A stretch of DNA of 62,874 nt, filler included, from Choristocarpus tenellus KU-1152 (taxonomy: Eukaryota > Protista > Phaeophyceae), in the NCBI GenBank assembly GCA_964200185.2. It is 11 parts of 11 records of this genome, joined end to end, with 100 filler letters (N's around TTAATTAATTAA, not from the genome) between each part and the next. Parts side by side here need not be neighbours in the genome. Positions count along the whole stretch, not along the records: positions 22,294 to 25,938 come from CAXNAD020018764.1; positions 26,039 to 35,049 come from CAXNAD020004086.1; positions 35,150 to 42,373 come from CAXNAD020006509.1; 8 more parts are not named here. One strand, 5' to 3'. How positions within the stretch are numbered: position 1 is the stretch's first letter; every line of letters begins with the position of its first letter. Below are positions 23,438 through 35,877 of the stretch, one piece after another. Both the position numbers and the translations under genes were made by a program. The notes under the pieces are model-generated. The model was not told the DNA's origin. It did not search any database and was given only the letters and a program-made list of their open reading frames with translations.

Positions 23438-25931
23438 GAGCTATACAAGGATTATTGCAAAGAGGCAATACAGGTATATCCTGACGACCCTTCCAAGCGG
23501 GTAAGCAAGAAGTACTTCCTCCGATTGCTCAGAGAGGACAGGCCCAACATCCGGGGGAGGGTAGGAGGCGAGTTTATGAAATGTGACATATGTGTCACGT
23601 TAAAAGAGAAGTGGCACGGTGTGCCTGGTGTAAAATCCGTGTCCTTTCGCGAATGAAGACTCCCACGTAGGTGTTTATGGCAGCAGCAGTAGCCTCACTC
23701 ATCGCGAAACTTGCTGTTATTAGCTGCCCAAACACCTTGTAAGACAGACTGCTTCCTTGTAGTGTACAACGGGCTGTGGGAGGGACAGGTCATGTAGCGG
23801 TCTTCCGGCCCGGTACGTACGTACTTCCTACCATCCCGATAACTTGATGTTTGTCTTGAATGCAGCAATAAAAAACATATCCCAATACTAACATCTATTG
23901 TTACCCAGACCACACTTTTGTTACTAACTAACCTGATACGTGTTAACAAGCGTCATCTTTTTTTTAAAGCTTTGAGCAGATTTATTTGATTAATTCAAGT
24001 GATGTTGCTGTCCCTCATTCGCCAGATTATCAAAGCGGATCGGCTGGTCATCGCCAACAGCACCAGCAACGCCATGCGGGCCAAAGTCGACGGCAAACAT
24101 CTCGGCTTCGTGTTCATGTCCGTAGACGCCGCGAACCAGACAGCACGCGCCCTCCCAGCACTTTACCCACCTACCCACGGTGGTGATAGGTAACCGCACA
24201 CACGCATAGTCCATCTGACAAGAACTTTGCAGCCGCACGCGGAACAGAATAGACACCATGTTTTATTCTACGGATGAGTGCAAAGTCCAAAGAAATAATC
24301 GCCAAAACAAACGCACATAATTCCACTACCTATTCCGTTCATCATGATGACCTTTCTTTAAATATTCCTTCCGTTCATTTCCCCCTTATCAGGGGCTACT
24401 CTGAGCGCCAGAATATCATGGCTGCACACGTCGAAGGCCAATTTGCGGAGGTGTTCTTCACTCCTTTCAATCTTGGAGGAGGTACGTACTGTAGAGTAGC
24501 GTAAGAGCTAATCAACGGGTAATGGAGATCGCAGACATGTACATCAGAGGTATGGGTGCATGTCCTCTACATTGCATAAACAAATTACATTACCCCTCTT
24601 TTTAGCTCCAAATAAACAACGCGTAAATGAGCAGAGTACTTTTTGCCAACAGCTGGTTGAATATCATTGTTCGCGCAGGTTGTAACCTTGTCTGCACAGC
24701 CACCCACCTTGCCCTCACAAGGCTTATCGATAAGTACTGCAACAGCCTCGATGACTCGGGGAATTGCGTCATCCAGCACACGCATTGGCAGGTAAGAAGG
24801 TTTCATCTTGACACGAACTACGCAACACATACTCGCTGAATACTAGTCACCAAGTAACTAACTGCACGGTCTTTAGTTTTGGTTTGTGTATTGCAACCTG
24901 CATGTATTATGGCGGTGATGTAGAGATTGCGCTCTAGCAATACTCACGCCCATCCCTCCCTCGCTCCCAACTCCCCAAACTGGCCAGGTCGACAACTGCG
25001 TCTCAGAGAACAAGAACAACTTCTTTCTCGGATACGCGGGGCTGTTGGTTACGGCGAGTGTCATTAGTGCGGTCGAGATACATTTTATGATGGTGGGGCA
25101 CACGCATATCAAAATCGATCAGATCTTCTCCAGGTAATTAGGCAAGATATGCAAGTTCGATAGCCACATAGTGCTTTTTCATGGATAGGTACAGCCTCGA
25201 GGCTTGCAGCACACTCTTATTGTATTCCTGGAAGGTTTATGACCGTACGCTGTAATTGATCGATTGGCTTTTGATTTCCCCACAACAAAATTTGACGATA
25301 AGAGCAGCTGCCTAAACTCTTTCGTAACATACTCTCGAAACAAAACAATGAACAAAAATGTACTCATCTCCCAATTTTATATTGATTTTTCCATATACAT
25401 GTATCAGAGCATGTGCCTGCATATATATCCTGCTTATCCACTTCGCTTCTCTCGCCCCCGCCTCGAAATTAACTTGCTTGCATTTCATCTTCAGGTTCTC
25501 ACGTGGAATAAAAGGCAAAAACATATTCACAAGAACACAGCTGGGTGAAGAGCTGCAGGCCTCCTACACGAAGGTTCCAGTATACTACAAGACCCTGCAG
25601 AACGAGGGCAATTTCAAGGGACTCCTTCGTGGTCGCGTCAACCGTGTCCCCAACATCGCGAGCTACACGGCTTTTCGTGTTGAAAAAGGCGCTGATGGGC
25701 GGGTGAAGGTTAGCGTAAAGCGATACATTCACAGCACAGAATGGAGTGGGATAGGCGGAGACCTTGCTATGGACCCCAACACCCCTCCGCACGACCGTTT
25801 CATCGGCCACACACCTCGTATCCAAGATGCACCACCCTACCAGCTCAAGAGCGTTCCCAAAGACGTCATCCTGAAGGTGGAGCAGCGGTACCAGGCGTCG
25901 CACGAGCGCCTCCCTGCTGCGTACCCACTGG
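23438..25931 (+). mobile_element. Intron-containing Sola-like (DUF7869-type) DDD transposase gene, 3' end truncated by contig end
   Basis: Exons 23438-~23638 (ELYKDYCKE...EFMKCDICVTLK), 24026-24189, 24393-24481, 24679-24791, 24988-25133 and 25495-25931. The last five join in phase via GT-AG introns without stops: FMSVDAANQ ... HWQVDNCVSENKN...LLV...VEIHFMMVGHTHIKIDQIFSR. A possible upstream exon near 23131 contains FVCPKCF. The 23638/24026 junction is unresolved. Confidence 0.85.
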
Positions 25932-28900
25932 GTAAGTCNNNNNNNNNNNNNNNNNNNNNNNNNNNNNNNNNNNNNNNNNNNNTTAATTAATTAANNNNNN
26001 NNNNNNNNNNNNNNNNNNNNNNNNNNNNNNNNNNNNNNGGCTCCGAAGGAACAGTCCCCCCCCCCCCCCAGATATTTTTGAGCTTAACCGTGAGTACAGT
26101 TTACCATAGCACTACTAAGTACAGAGCTTTCCGTCACCACTCCTTTGTGTGACAGACCGGTGAATCAGCTGTGTGAAATAAAGCTTGGGGGGTTCCGTTA
26201 CGCAGAATTTGTAGTTGAGGTTGATAATACGATAAGGGCTACGAAAAATCAACTTGCTGTGACTCTTTCAACTCTCTACTCAAGGAGAGACTCGATAATG
26301 TTGAAGAGAAAGATCATCAAGTATACTATTCTGAGCAGCGTTGTGCAACACCAGGAATGCATGGTGGGTTAAGCCCTACCTCGACCAAAAGAAGTCAATG
26401 TGCGCCTCCTTCACCAAGTGTCCTTCCCTGCACATGATCCTACCACATTCCTGTAGCACAGATCCACCTTGCAAGTTATCTACGATGCAGAGCAAGATCA
26501 TTTCGGCAGTCTGAGAGGCAAAGAAAAAAGAACCCTGTGGACAATACTTCTCAGCACTCCCTCCTATTGACACCATCATTGACAAAGGCAGCTACACCAC
26601 TCTGCAGTCAGAGGTTATGCCGTGGGGGAAGGCGGAGGGCATCTTATACTCCACCCCCCAACACATCCCAGGCAGGACTCTTGCCCAAACCATGTGCCTC
26701 CCAAGCTCTCAATCCTCATACCTCATACAGTGGAGGGCCGGAGACCTACCCCATGCTGAGAAGCCCCAATTGCTTTGCAGCATTTCCACTGGCAGGAACC
26801 GGATCATCAGTAGCTTTGGCGGTGGAGCTCTTTGCTGGGTGTTTGGAGGACTCCATTTGCCGAAGAGGCAGATGTGAGGTCAACTTTCAAGGTAGTCTTA
26901 GGGGCAGTGGATGCGGAGGGGGCCGGGAGCTTCCCTCAGAGGTTTTAGAGTTAGTGAGGAAGGCGAACATTGCAACATGTGGGCCTGATATGGTAAGGGA
27001 AAGATACCTTTGGCACAAAATTGTTAGGAGGAGTGAGTAGCTACACACAAATCCGTAAACTTGTTGTACCCCTATCATTATTCATCAATCCAAGGTGGAA
27101 AATCTGGTGTAGAAGTAGACTGTGTCTGTATACTATCAGAACAACAGTGTACATTACTATGTAATCAAAACAAGAATGGTGTAGGGAAAACTGAAGGAAA
27201 TGAAATCTCCAGGAAAATGCTGGAATGAAATCCTCCAAGCAAGAGGTTGATGTTTCAATTTGGGAATCAAAAGCCGTACAGTGTGGTCTATTTCTCTCAA
27301 GCACTACTTCAGTGGTCATGTTAACATAATTTTTAACAACTGTGTAGATATGTGCCTCAAACGTCAAATGCTGTGCTTTCAGGCATTCCAGAGACTTTGC
27401 ACCCGCAACAAATGGATTATGGTTGCTTCCTCCTACTTATTGAGATGGGTTGATTGATGCAGAAAAAGAATTTGAAAGTGCAATATCTGACAGAAACAAA
27501 ACAGGGCATGCTCGTCATCAACACCTTCGGATTTGTACATGAAAGTGCCAGGTCATATCCAGTTTATGCCCCGAACGAGTAGGAGATGTATCAAGGGGTA
27601 AACCAGGACTAGGAAGGCGACTGCAGCTCTTTGGGCTCAACGACTTAGGAAAGGGAACAACAGAAATATTGACCATGCAGATCAAGCCCGCACTAATTCC
27701 TGGGGAGGAGGCAGTGTATGTCACTGGAGTTGATGAGCAGGAGGACTGGGTGAGAAAAGAGGGGAGTGGTGGGGTTACAAGTGGCTTGATACATATTACA
27801 TTGATGGTAGTGAGAATCAGCATTGACATCAACAAATAGCTGGAGTGTTTCCACATACCATGAAGGACATTGACCCGCATACCCTTCTTGTCAGAGTATA
27901 TATTTCGTACTTGTACGGCTTGGGGTCCTTGGTCGCCCTCAGTCGTTAGAGATCAGAGAGGGATGTAACTGTGTTCAAAATACCAAGCAAGATTTCAAAA
28001 TCATACCCAGGATGGAGTATATTTTGGAAGAGAGGTACTTGCTGGATTTTCAGCACCCAGGTACCCTGTTGAAACAACTTTAGGGTGGGACAGATGAAAA
28101 GGTGTGCAAACCTTCTCTACGCTGTGCCAAGAAGAGGTTCAGACAAGCTCCATCTAGTTTTGAGGGATCCCTCATGAAAAATGTAAGATAGTTACACTCC
28201 CACCAAGTATATCCCTCAACCCACCCCACCTGTAACAGTCTACATCCACCTACCTTGCGCAGCCTATTGTACAACCTCCCACATAATATTGCCCATGCCC
28301 CTATTGAGCCCAGGACTACTTTTTCCTCTTGGGTCATTGACTCTACAGGTTGGACACTGCCGAAGAACTGTGTACATTGCGCACATCATACTTAGAGACC
28401 TTGTAGCTGAAACCATTGGGTGTGTGTATATCTTACGTAAATTGAGCAGGCTAGACAGTTAGCAGTGGACCACCTTGCCGGGCATTCACAGGGTCCCAAG
28501 ATGAAGAGACAGGAACCTATTATATGTAGAGTCAGTTACTTGCTGCATATTTAAACCTCGAGGAACCCCAGCACTCCAGACTTGTTTCTGGTTCGGCTCT
28601 TGACATCATCTTCAGACAAGTTCCACCCACCTTGATGCTCACATCAATGATTACACACCTCCCAGCAGTGTTCATCATAAACGTGTCAATCACGTTGATC
28701 GTTACTCATCGATGCCACATTTTGTCAACACTCACAGCATTCAGGTTGTGTGAACAAAAATTCGTCTACTGTGTCGCCTTACCCTGATCATAATTCTTGT
28801 CAATATCAATCCACAACTACTGACACACAAAAAACACACTTAACTTGGTGTGTATATCAACTATTCCTACAAAGTAACCGCCTCATTGAGTCTGATCTGA

Positions 28901-29378
28901 GTCTGACCCCATTCCTAGATGTGGTCTCCACCATTCTCACGGCCTTGTTTTCCTCCTTCATCTCTGTCAAGATCCAGACCAACTCTGAAAAAATCCTTGA
29001 TGGGTATTTGTCAAGGGTACGGGGACTTGAGGCTGCTGTGGAGGTGAGCCTGTGCCTCATGCTCGTGGAGGCAACGATATATTCGCCAGCTTAAGGGATA
29101 GGTACAGAAGGTGGTACCTGCAACCTCAGCACCACTGAAAATGGGATGTGGGTAGAAGACCTTTCAAAGTACCTTCGGCCCAGCAACACCTCAACTTCTC
29201 AGTGCCGTTCACATCAAGAAACAACAATACAGGGCTGCGAGGACATGACTATAGCTGCTTTGGGGAGGGGACAGGGAGGTGGGCAGGAACAGGAAAGAGG
29301 GGTCAAGTATACAGTTGGGTACATTGGGAAAGCTTGGCGTTAACCAAACATTCTCTAGATGTGTTCTTTTAAGAATCC

Positions 29379-29640
29379 GAGCCAAGGCATTCAGGAGGGT
29401 AGGGTCACGTCCGTTCAGGATCATAAATCCGATGTTGCGATTTTGATTGATATTGGCTATCGTGTTTATTAGCAAGTGTCAGTATCCTTGCTCTGGACAT
29501 ACCTTTCATAGTCGAATACATTTTAATTAACTGTGTTCGCACAGAAAACCGAACCGAAAAGGGGCATAAAAACCCTTGGGAAGCCAAGCCGCAAAGGGAC
29601 AAATAGGGCAAAACTCCTACCCTCTTTAATGCTTTGACTC
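29379..29640. mobile_element. MITE family A copy (diverged subtype)
   Basis: GAGCCAAGGCATTCAGGAGGGTAGG ... CCTACCCTCTTTAATGCTTTGACTC; internal sequence colinear with family A. Confidence 0.8.
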
Positions 29641-32291
29641 TCCCCTTGAAGACTATACCCTGCTGGGAGATACAGTATACCTTAGATTATCCTTCAACTT
29701 CAGTATAAATAAACCTGCTGATTATAGAAGGTTGATTTTGACAGCAACTTCTCAAATCTGGGATATGTAGGGATTCTATGACTGATACCTGATACAGTCA
29801 GTCGAATCTCAAGTGCTGGCTCCAGGGTTGATGGTGGTACCTGAATTTGTAATCTCCTCCACAATTCTTCTTTTACTACACTCTAGCGGTTTAAAATATT
29901 AGTCAGGACCCACTTTGCATACAAGGGTAAGTATCTGTGCTTGCTATAGAAAATAGTCCCTCTCACATCAAATTTGGTGTTACCCCCCAAAACAGAAAAA
30001 ATCTACAATATGGCAAAGATAATACATGCACTTTAAATTATGTAGTATCAAAAATCCATACATTCGAAATTGTACACCTGTATTCACAATGGATATATAG
30101 AGAATGAAGGGCCGCCTCTCCAACCTCCCTGAAACACTCCCACACTACTGCTCACTAATCACTGGACAATAAATAGCCCCAAATGAGGCAACACATCAAG
30201 TATCTTCCCTTGTTTGTCAGTCCATCTCACACACAAGTGAACCTATTTTTGCTAGGCACCCTCAGCAAGCTTATTATTGAAGTTTTGTTGGAAGGGCATC
30301 TGAGGTGATATTAACCGCATGTTTTCACAGTACTGTAGAACGTGTAGAACCTTTCTTGATATTTGATGTCAAAGCTCAAGGATGCAGCTGCCATAGTAAA
30401 TTATATCCAGCTTATGTTGCAAGTGCTGGCATATAGCATAAGAACACTGAGTGGTGATTCCATGTAGGTTGATGTACCAAACCATACCGGCTTACCACAT
30501 CGTACATGGTATATTGAGTTGGATGAAGATAGTAAATGCGCCATACGACTTAGCATAACATGTGACGGAAGGGGAGTCTTCTCATAAAAGGGGATGATCC
30601 ATAGAGACGTAATGATTCAGTGCTTGTTTAATCATACTCTTACCACCATTTTGGTAAATGAGCTTTGTTTGTACGATGCAAGCTTTTAGCAACAGGAAGC
30701 AGCCTTAACAAAGCACCAAAAAAAATGTATGAAACTGTCCTATATCATGTCCTTGTGTTATTCCCTCCCTCTCTCTCTCCGTTTCTTTTTTGCTGCACAG
30801 AATATTTGTTCATCTTCCCTCCTCTACAATTCCTTGTCTTCCTCCCTGTTGCGAACTAAAACATTATAGTGTAGTTGTCACTGGTGGAGACCTTGTTAAT
30901 ATGAGGTTGAGCCTAGCATTGTGCTGTGCACGAGTACACTCTCTGTTGGCGTTTTAAGGGGTGTACTTGCCTCACTCTGTGACTACGATGATTCGCGTTA
31001 TTTGTTTGGTTGTAATCTCGCCATACAATATGTGTGAAAGTGTGTTGTTTTGTGTTCTATTGCTATCACTCTTTTTTTCTAACAATACTACCACTGCTAC
31101 CAATCACTACCACCACTACATACCCTGACAGCTGCAAAGCACATTGTGACCAATTCCTGCACTCTCTTTTTTCTCCTCTGCCCCCTCTTCTAGCGTTGTT
31201 GTTGTGAGTGTCAACAGCATTATTCTAAATTGTTTGTAGTCAAAGATCTTCACTTCATTAGTATTGTATGGCATTGGTAGTAGTGGTGACGTTTTGAATA
31301 ATGGCTGTAATGATGTGTATTTGAATGGAAAAAACATCAATAATTGCAATATTGCTGCTGCTGTCACTATTGTAGTCGTCACTATTGTAGAAAAGGATAG
31401 TAAACAAAAAGGAACGAGCAGTAAAGTAAGAACAAAGAAGGGCACTACTACTAGCAGTAGTAGTAGTACTGAGTGGCTATAGTGTTGAAGGGATGCATAA
31501 CATCAAACCACTCACTATCTGCTGTGCCAATAATGAGCCAAACCAATTGAGAGGGTTGCAATTTCGAGATCCCGTGAAAGAGCAAATATATGTCCTTTTG
31601 TACAATTGCAGAAAGAGCCTTTCCTAAATTGTGGAGTCACTTTGTGAGGAATGGGGAAATATTAATCTTGCGCACACTAATGTGCACATCAAACAATGAC
31701 ATTGGGCGTATTGTACAGGGTAAGAAGTATGACTTAGAATGCGAAAGGATCCAAACCTGGCTACCTCTCGATTGGTTTGGCTCCAATATAACATGACAAC
31801 GACAATAGGCACTCACCACACAGCAACATTAACAACAATAGTCAACATATCCCCACCTAAATCGACCTACTACATGCATACACCACCAAAATCCCAAATG
31901 CATGTATATACATACAACCACAACAGCAATCTCAGGTAGCTCACAGCAAGGAGAAGAAAGTACTAAACACAGATCACTAATTGTAGCAATACCATATATG
32001 GCACAAGGTAGAGGGGGGGGGGGGGTNNNNNNNNNACAAAGATTATTAATTGTAGCAATACGAATTTTGGCAAAAGGGGGAGGGGGGGGGGGGGTAGTAG
32101 TTTTTTAGTGTGGAGCTTGTCCTGATCTCTCAACTACAAATATATTGTGATTACAGGAGGTTGAGAACAACAGCAACAGACATACGCCATCATCAATTGG
32201 TTGTCTCTACCCCAATGCCCAAGTACAGAGTCCTCTTGAACAAGTCCGGAAGCAGCGATGGTGCTTCAATATGTGACTCCATATGGAGGTA

Positions 32292-33970
32292 CATCCTCCG
32301 TTCGGAATTAAATGAACAAAACTTTTGTGAGCTCTGTTCTTGCCAAGGAAAACTCATGTGATAAACCCTCTGGATGAACTAGTTCTCATATAGATTGAGA
32401 GGTGAGCAAAGTCGACCAAGTCGCACTTGACAGGGTTCAAAAATATCGTGAAATTACTGACAAAGCGGGTATTTATTTGGATTCCTAAGACGAAGGTCCC
32501 CCGTTGTTCGAGAAAATTGCCCATCCCATCGTCTCCCATCGGTCCCAATTCATCGACCCAGAAGTCTGTCCGGGGTCGGGACTCAAACATCCCGACAAAA
32601 AATAGCGTGAGGGTGCAATACATGGAGGTAAGAGGGCGCAAGCCTTGGATGCCTCAGGAGACTGCGGCTGCCACCTAGGAGGACTTCGGAATTTCCTGAA
32701 TCACCATGTCTCGTAATCTGAAGGAGTATGACAGGCAGATCATATGGGGTGAACGCATGGGACTATGAACGATGTTGCAAAGAGTGATGTGACCACCGTA
32801 CAATATCCTCAGCGTTTGGGGTGTCCTATCAGTACACTGCACATCCTTCCGTGAATGGGTGGTCAAAGCTGGGGTCTCCCTTGCCTCTTTGTAGGATATG
32901 TGCAAGCGCAAGAAGGTGAAGAAGGGCAAGTGGCAGATTAAGCCGATCCTCTCAGACCAGCAGAAAGTCAACAGGTGGATTTCGTCATCAGTTACACGCA
33001 CAGGAGAGGGGAGAGTGGGTAATATTGGATCTGTATGACTGGGTGCATGTGGACGATAGTGGTTTTATATCCTCAAAGATGGGCAAGGTCTGTTCCTGCA
33101 CCCCACTGAGGACCTCCCCAAACCCCCATGGGCATAGAGTAAGCGTTATATTATGGAGGTGATGTTCCTTGCAGTAGGAACCTCTCCAGCAGGATATGGT
33201 TGATGGGAAAATCAGGATCTGGCCAATTGTGGACACTAAGGTCGCTCAGCACTCCAGCAAACACTGCCCCAAAGGCACCAAGGTTCTTGTGCCAACCACA
33301 GTGGACGGGGAGATGTATAACAACATCATGGTCGAGGATGCCATCCCAGCAATCAAGGTCCACATGCCTAGGCCGGAAGGACACACCATATTTGTACAGC
33401 AGGACAGGGCAAAGCCACACACCACGGGCAGAACCATGGAAGCAATCAAGGAGTTGGCGGGGGACCACTTTGTCATATAGACCCAGCCAGCCAACTCATC
33501 TGACCTCAACGTCAATTACCTGGGATTCTTTCATCCCATCCAGCAACTGAAGGAAGATGTGGAGGTGACCAACATAGGAAAGCTGGTGGAGGCCATGATG
33601 TAGCCTTTCGGGGAACACCAGAGCATGTCTGGCAGAGCCTCTTCGCAGTCTACGGTGAACTACTAGGGTCCAAGGATGACAATGTGTTCAAAATTCTCCA
33701 TCTTAGCAAGGACAAGGCTGAGAAGGCAGGCAAGCTCCCCCCGAATTCCCCGGTGGATGCGGCAAAATATAGTGTTGAAAAGGAGTTTTGGAGGGCTTCA
33801 GGACGGAATCATAGATAGGTGTAGTCTACCCCCATTTTACTGGAGATTTTGTTGGGCAACCTTTCTAGTGCCTACACAATACACCCATAAAATATGAACA
33901 TGTGAAAAAAATCTTGCTGCTTCATGAGAACTGTAAAAGATATTTTATATTTAATTCTGAACGGAGGAAG
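32292..33970 (+). mobile_element. Full-length (1679 bp) Tc1/mariner element of the plant-type (Stowaway-like TIR) lineage, inactive
   Basis: 22-bp TIRs CATCCTCCGTTCGGAATTAAAT (32292-32313) / ATTTAATTCTGAACGGAGGAAG (33949-33970), flanked by TA on both sides. Confidence 0.9.
32622..33815 (+). pseudogene. Mariner transposase pseudogene (multiple stops and frameshifts)
   Basis: YDWVHVDD.WFY, SKRYIMEVMFLAV, DGKIRIWPIV..KVAQHSSKHCPKGT, IFVQQDRAKPH, QPANSSDLNVNYLGFF: motifs of plant-type mariner transposases (VHIDEKWFY, QQDNAxPH, QPPNSPDLNVLDLGFF). Confidence 0.9.
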
Positions 33971-35149
33971 TATATAATACTATTACTATGGGAAGTGCTA
34001 CTTAATATTGAATTTTTTCTCGGTTTCTAGGTACTTTCTAAAACGTCATTTTTCTGGAATTTTGTTGAAATTGGCCTCCTCTATTGCATTTATCTTGATC
34101 TATCCATGGCGCTTACTTCTGACAATGTAGTCGGGTGAAAGGTTATGACTAGAGCTTATACTCAGTGTAGTACTTACCACCTATCCCAAAATACTCAACG
34201 AATGGCATCCGCATGAAAACTGGGGGGCTCTTTCTAGACCTGATAGAGAATTCTTAGAGGTTGTACAAGGAAAGTGACGAAGAACATGGTTCTGAGAGAG
34301 AAGAGGACTAGGACACAGAAACCTGTCACAGGTTATTTTTAAGACTCAGACCAATCAAAGTTATCCACGCCCCCAAGTAAGGAGTCTCTGGATGAGGAAC
34401 AAGAGAAACAAGAGACTACCAGGGCTGGGCACAGCGGCATCGCCAGAAGAGCTGATGCCAAAAAAAAAGAGGGGGTGGGTGAGGCAAATCAAAGATCAGG
34501 CGAGGCCCGTTATTGGCTGCAACAACATGGAAACAGGACTTGAATGCCGCCAGACGTACTGTCCAAGGGCTTAGGACGGTGATGCTCAGGAGCAAATGAA
34601 AACTCAAGTTGGTCAGTGGAGAGAATTTCCAAGGGGCAGGCACAAGTACTGCTGATCCTGTATAACAAGTTGATTATCTACAGCCACATGGGACGAACTT
34701 AGGAGGTTGAAGTTGTTCGCCTAGCAGTGGGAGCGGGATACAACAAGGTTTTCCAATCATGAAAATTGGAAGAAGAAAGGGGTCATCTTTTTCACCTCCC
34801 AGACAGAATCGGAGGGGGATTGTTCTAGTAAGCTCCGGTAAGAAGTGCAACCTTTCTTCTATCACATCTCGATGAGATGGAGCTCTTCACCTATACACAA
34901 CACTCACCGGGAAATAACAGCGGATCAAGATAATGGCAGATGGATCATTCCATGGAGGATGGACTTTTCCCAAAATGGTGCGTGGAAAGTGCCCATATGT
35001 TTTTTTTTGTAAATGTCATAAAACTTTTTAAGGGCCCCTTTTTGAATGGNNNNNNNNNNNNNNNNNNNNNNNNNNNNNNNNNNNNNNNNNNNNTTAATTA
35101 ATTAANNNNNNNNNNNNNNNNNNNNNNNNNNNNNNNNNNNNNNNNNNNN

Positions 35150-35615
35150 TAGACAGAGCCACCACCTTCTGCATCCTAGAAACCCACGATAATGCTACAC
35201 TTCCAATGGTAAATAATCCCTCAGATACAGACCTCCGCCAGTCCAGATCAGTTGCATAGAGTCCGCATCAGCAAACGACTCCAGTCGTTTGTCCGGCTTT
35301 CCGTTGTATGTGATGTCAGTTCCGATCGTGTGACTCACACCCCCCAAAATCTGTTTAACAGCTTCCCACTGCCTCTGCCCTGGGTTGCAGCGAAATCTGC
35401 CAACAGTCATTACCGTGCTGGCAATATCAGGCCTGGTAATGTTCACTAACCAGATTAATGACCCCACTGTTTCCCTGCATAAAGTGGATGGGTCCAGCTT
35501 CACACACGAACCCTTCTCAGACAGATTTGTGGTCGTAGACCCAGGCATATCGAGTTCTTTGGTATATCTCGAAGCGTTCCACCAGCCCTACTACGTATAC
35601 TTGTTAGTTCATGTA
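35150..35615 (-). mobile_element. Ty1/copia LTR-retrotransposon remnant (RT C-terminus / RNase H start)
   Basis: RETVGSLIWLVNITRPDIASTV..VGRF..NPGQRQWEAVKQIL...LESFADAD, then after a frameshift RRSVS.GLFTIGSVALSWVSRMQKVVALS: canonical copia motifs. Confidence 0.9.
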
Positions 35616-35618
35616 CGC

Positions 35619-35877
35619 AAGCCAAAGTATATTGGAGGGTAGATCCGCGTCCATTTTGGGGTCATAGTGCAATGTTGCGATTTTTATGTAATTTTTGCTA
35701 TCATGTTTTTTAGGAAGTCTCAATATCCTTGTTCTATACACACCTTTTCATAACGTTTAATTTTTACCTACTCTGAATTTTTTTCTGGTACGAAAATGTC
35801 ATAAGAATATCCATGGGAGGCGAAGCCCCAAAGGAACAAACAGGGCAAAACTCGTACCCTCTAAGATACGTTTACTA
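35619..35877. mobile_element. MITE family A copy abutting the copia remnant
   Basis: AAGCCAAAGTATATTGGAGGGTA ... TACCCTCTAAGATACG; family A internal sequence. Confidence 0.85.

Noticed and set aside
26376-29100. Coding-like patches (26537-27040 +, 27518-27880 -, 28750-29094 +)
   Set aside because: They are interrupted by stops, with no identifiable domain and no consistent exon chain; probably decayed TE sequence, but not assignable.
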